The translations under genes were made by a program, and so were the position numbers. DNA of 64,000 nucleotides, the filler included, from Octopus bimaculoides (Eukaryota), in NCBI RefSeq assembly GCF_001194135.2. It is 4 parts of 4 records of this genome, joined end to end, with 100 filler letters (N's around TTAATTAATTAA, not from the genome) between each part and the next. Parts side by side here need not be neighbours in the genome. Positions count along the whole stretch, not along the records: positions 42,770 to 62,713 come from NC_068985.1; positions 62,814 to 64,000 come from NW_026333609.1; 2 more parts are not named here. One strand, written 5' to 3'. Every line of letters starts with the position of its first letter. Position 1 is the stretch's first letter. The notes under the pieces are model-generated. The model made no database searches. It had not been told where the DNA came from and worked only from the letters and a program-made list of their open reading frames with translations. Below are positions 60,484 through 64,000 of the stretch, piece after piece.

Positions 60484-60527
<44 letters not shown>

Positions 60528-60530
60528 AAA

Positions 60531-60748
60531 AGGCAGCTAGCTAGCAGAATTGTTAGTATGCCAGACCAAATGCTTAGTGGTATTTCGTCTGCTGCTACAT
60601 TCTGAGTTCAAATTCCGCTGAGGTTGACTTTGCCTTTCATCCTTTCAGGGTTGATAAATTAAGTACCAGTTGAGTACTGGGGCCGATGTTAGTGGCTTAA
60701 CTCCTCCACCAAAATTTCAGGCTTGTACCTATAGGAAAAAGGATTATT
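60531..60748 (+). mobile_element. SINE family B after an (ATT)n tract
   Basis: GGCAGCTAGCTAGCAGAATTGTTAG..CTGAGTTCAAATTCCGCTGAGGTTGACTTTGCCTTTCATCCTTTC. Confidence 0.8.
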
Positions 60749-61082
60749 GTGATTATCAATAATATCAATATGCCAACTTGTTCTTTTTGTAATTACCTGT
60801 GGTGTGTGTCAGACTTACTTCAAAGAAGTGAGTGGCAAAGCGAGAGAGAGGAGGAAGTAAGAGAGAAAAAAGAGTTAGTGAGAGAGAAAGAGAGAGAGTG
60901 AAAGAGACAGTGAATGGTGACAGTGTTTGTTTTGTGTTTTTAAATGTTTCAGAGAGGAAGTAAGAGAGAAAGAGACAGTAGATACATAGATCCAAAGAAA
61001 AGTTGATACATAGAAACATAAACACAGCAAATACTGGATGTCACTTTCACTTTTCATTACCACATGAGGATAAAAGTAACTT

Positions 61083-61845
61083 ACAAGTGGCTGAGTACTC
61101 CACAGACATGCATATCATTAACGTAGTTCTCGGGGAGATTCAGCTTCACACAGAAAACGACAAGGTTGGCCCCTTTGAATTACACCTACCACTAATTTTG
61201 GCCAGCTGAGTGGACTGAAGCAAGATAAACCTTCAAGTGGTTGGAAGAAAACAAAAAAGATCTTATATGGGGGGGGGGGATGAAAATCTTTTTAGTCATT
61301 AAGGTCACTATGGGTGTTAATCTGGTCCTAACAGCATTATTTGTGGTTCTCACAGACCTGGAGGCCTAACCCCTAGATAAACACCGATGTGCAGACTGTT
61401 ATCAAACTGGGTGTGAGTCGAGGGTGAATACATGATGGAATAGCAATTATTTCGTCTTAGCTTTCACTGCTTATACTAAACACATGACATTTTTGCCATA
61501 TGATATAGAACATTTCCTTTTCTTTCACTTAAAAAATGGCACTCTGTCGGTTAAGATGACAATGTTCCTGCTCAAACAGTCTGCTCATAGAATTAATGCT
61601 CAAGTGGCTGAGTACTTAACAGACATGCATACCATAAAGTAGTTCTCTGGGAGATTCAGCCTCACACAGAATGTGACAAGGCTGGCCCCTTTGAATTGTA
61701 ATTACAACTCATTTTTGCCAGCTGAATGAATGCAGCAAGGTGAAGCAGAGTATCTTGCTCAAAAACACAGCGCACCGCAAGGAATCATACTCATGACTTT
61801 ACAATTGTGGGCCAAATACCCCTAACCACTGAGCCATGCACCTTC
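61083..61845 (-). mobile_element. Two copies of a third tRNA-derived SINE family (61540-61845 with head; 61083-61235 truncated)
   Basis: Minus head GGTGCATGGCTCAGTGGTTAGGG..TTGAGCAAGATACT..CAGCTGGCAAAAATGAG. The two segments share ~130 bp (GAGTACT..CAGACATGCAT..GGAGATTCAGC..GACAAGG.TGGCCCCTTTGAATT). Confidence 0.65.
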
Positions 61846-62379
61846 ACTCTTTTAACTGTAGGAAAAAGGAGTGAAGTGAAAGAGACAGAGAAAGGAAAGC
61901 CTCAGTCATTTACAATGACAACTGGACGGAAATACGATCAAACTTTTCTAGCATCTTTACTTTTAACAATGCAGAAGAGGGGAAAGACATTTAGTAATGA
62001 ATAGAGGAAAAGTCTTTCAGGTGTTTACATTTTTTTTCTGGGAGTTCTAGAACAATCGACTGTTAGTTCTCTCTTCTTTCCCCCACTCCTGGTACTTATT
62101 TGCCTTCTTTCATAGTTCTTTATGTCTTTTAGTTGGGTGGGAAAGACCATGTTTTTTTCAGGCACATTTAATATTTTCTCTACAAACTGCAAACAGCCCC
62201 CACCTCCTTTCCTTTTTTCATACAAAAACTAATGCAAATTTTGAATAGGGTATATCTTTGAAAAGAGCCCAGAAAAATGAGCAATACCCCACTACAAAAT
62301 GGGCGGGTGGGGGGAAGTTGCCAACTGGCGGCTACACAAAATTCAACTCTATACTTTAAAGAGTATCTTCAACTATAAC

Positions 62380-62442
62380 CTCAGGCTGACCAAAGCCTTG
62401 TGAGTGAATCTGGTAGACAGAAACTGAAAAAAACCCATCATA

Positions 62443-62445
<3 letters not shown>
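62380..62445 (+). mobile_element. SINE family A internal fragment
   Basis: GACCAAAGCCTTGTGAGTGAATCTGGTAGACAGAAACTGAA. Confidence 0.6.
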
Positions 62446-62482
<37 letters not shown>

Positions 62483-62813
62483 TTAGGGATAAAAATCCAA
62501 ATTTACAGGGAAAAATTCAATTCAATTTATCAAAATTAAAATGAAATTAAATTTCACAATATATAATATATAAATATATAATTTAGAGAAAAAAACCACA
62601 ATTATTGAATTCATCCATGAAAATCCACAATCACATATAGAAAAATACAATAAGGAAATACACTAAAAAGACCCATAATAAAAATCAAAAAAGTACAAAG
62701 TAATAAATATTAANNNNNNNNNNNNNNNNNNNNNNNNNNNNNNNNNNNNNNNNNNNNTTAATTAATTAANNNNNNNNNNNNNNNNNNNNNNNNNNNNNNN
62801 NNNNNNNNNNNNN

Positions 62814-62847
<34 letters not shown>

Positions 62848-63062
62848 GCATATCGCATGCTATGTCACAAGCTGCGAAATCTTGGCATTACAAGGAAACT
62901 AGGCGAGTGACTGCATGATTTTCTGAAGGGTAGGTGTCAGAGAATTGTAGCCAATGCTGCTCACTGTGAAGAGACACTAATTCTAAGCGGAGTCCCACAA
63001 GGAAGTGTACTTGGGCCACTACTGTTTGTGCTGGCCTTCTAAGACATGCCCTCCGAGGTACA
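62848..63062 (+). mobile_element. CR1-clade RT fragment
   Basis: MLCHKLRNLGITRKLGE*LHDFLKGRCQRIV..LSGVPQGSVLGPLLFVL. Confidence 0.75.
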
Positions 63063-64000
63063 GGCAAATGGAGTTGTGTTGGCTAAGAACTGATATTCAC
63101 TTTTATGTATTAAATAAAAGGTAAAAAGTATAAAAGAACAGTTGTTAATATTACAGATTTAGATAGTAAATACTTGCTGTTGCTATAAAGATTTAAAAGA
63201 ACGTTCAGGGGATTAATTAGATGTAGCAAATTGAAAATAACAATGTTGGGGAGATAATATAGCTAGGAAAGAATTTTATATTATGAGTATCAATATGTAA
63301 TACATTGACTAGGTATAAACAAAAGCGTGAGTAAAGAAGCTAGCTTGGCATAAAGTGAGAGGGAAGTATATAATAATATTATGGAAGTAATAAATATTCA
63401 AGTAATAGGTTATTTTGCATTATGAATATAAGAAAAAATTTTTATAAGTAGTGGGTACACATAAGTATACAGAGCATAAAAAATACTTCATATATAATGT
63501 CATATAAAATATCTAAAAAGGGGAAAAAATTGTTTTAGTGTATAATAATACTATAGTAGAGGAGATATCTGCAAAATAGTATACATAGATGTAGGTATTC
63601 TAGTTGTTTTCCAAATTGTTTTATTTGAGGGTGTACATGAAGGAAAGAACACGGGTACAAAAATAAGTATACTCATACTGGTGTAAAGAGAGAGAAAATG
63701 CCAAACGGACATAGTTATAATTATAACTAGCCACATACATATAAAAAGTGTTATTTTATACATACATACATACATGCATACATATATATTCATATGTATG
63801 TATATATATAGTGGTTTATATATATGTGTGTGTGTGTGTATGTACGGAACATACGCATATGTGTACACGTTCATATCAGATATACACATTAGTGGTAACA
63901 TATACTTAATAAGCACACAATAGCAATAATAACAATAATAATAATAATAACAACAAAAACAACAACAACAACAAAAACAATAATAATAATAATAATAATA

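Overview
Eukaryotic, AT-rich, microsatellite-dense, gap-ridden genomic DNA. The SINE families, (AT)n/(CAT)n/(GATA)n arrays and LINE mix suggest a coleoid cephalopod, most likely Octopus (inference). There is no intact protein-coding gene and no intact autonomous element. The window is a graveyard of decayed retroelements: R4/Dong, several RTE lineages (one with a PHD finger inside its RT, others with C-terminal C2H2 fingers), CR1, L1/Tx1, Ty3/Gypsy pieces with one complete 214-bp LTR, and a Penelope-like (PLE) GIY-YIG remnant. It also holds many tRNA-derived SINEs, a mariner MITE, Helentron-associated-like elements and a degenerate tRNA-Val(TAC). The most interesting signal is three unrelated-looking type I hammerhead ribozyme folds (7955-8018, 9548-9599, 21251-21309). 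The first lies just downstream of the PLE endonuclease remnant. The second lies inside an 823-bp inverted+direct-repeat insertion with an 11-bp TSD. The third lies in a ~346-nt unit between (AT)n tracts, whose relative at 49361-49560 forms a perfect 73-bp-arm foldback plus a head-to-tail junction. Together they point to small non-autonomous PLE/retrozyme-like self-cleaving RNA families. One candidate host exon encoding a signal peptide lies at 29263-29403 (-). All protein calls are from manual motif recognition; no search was run.
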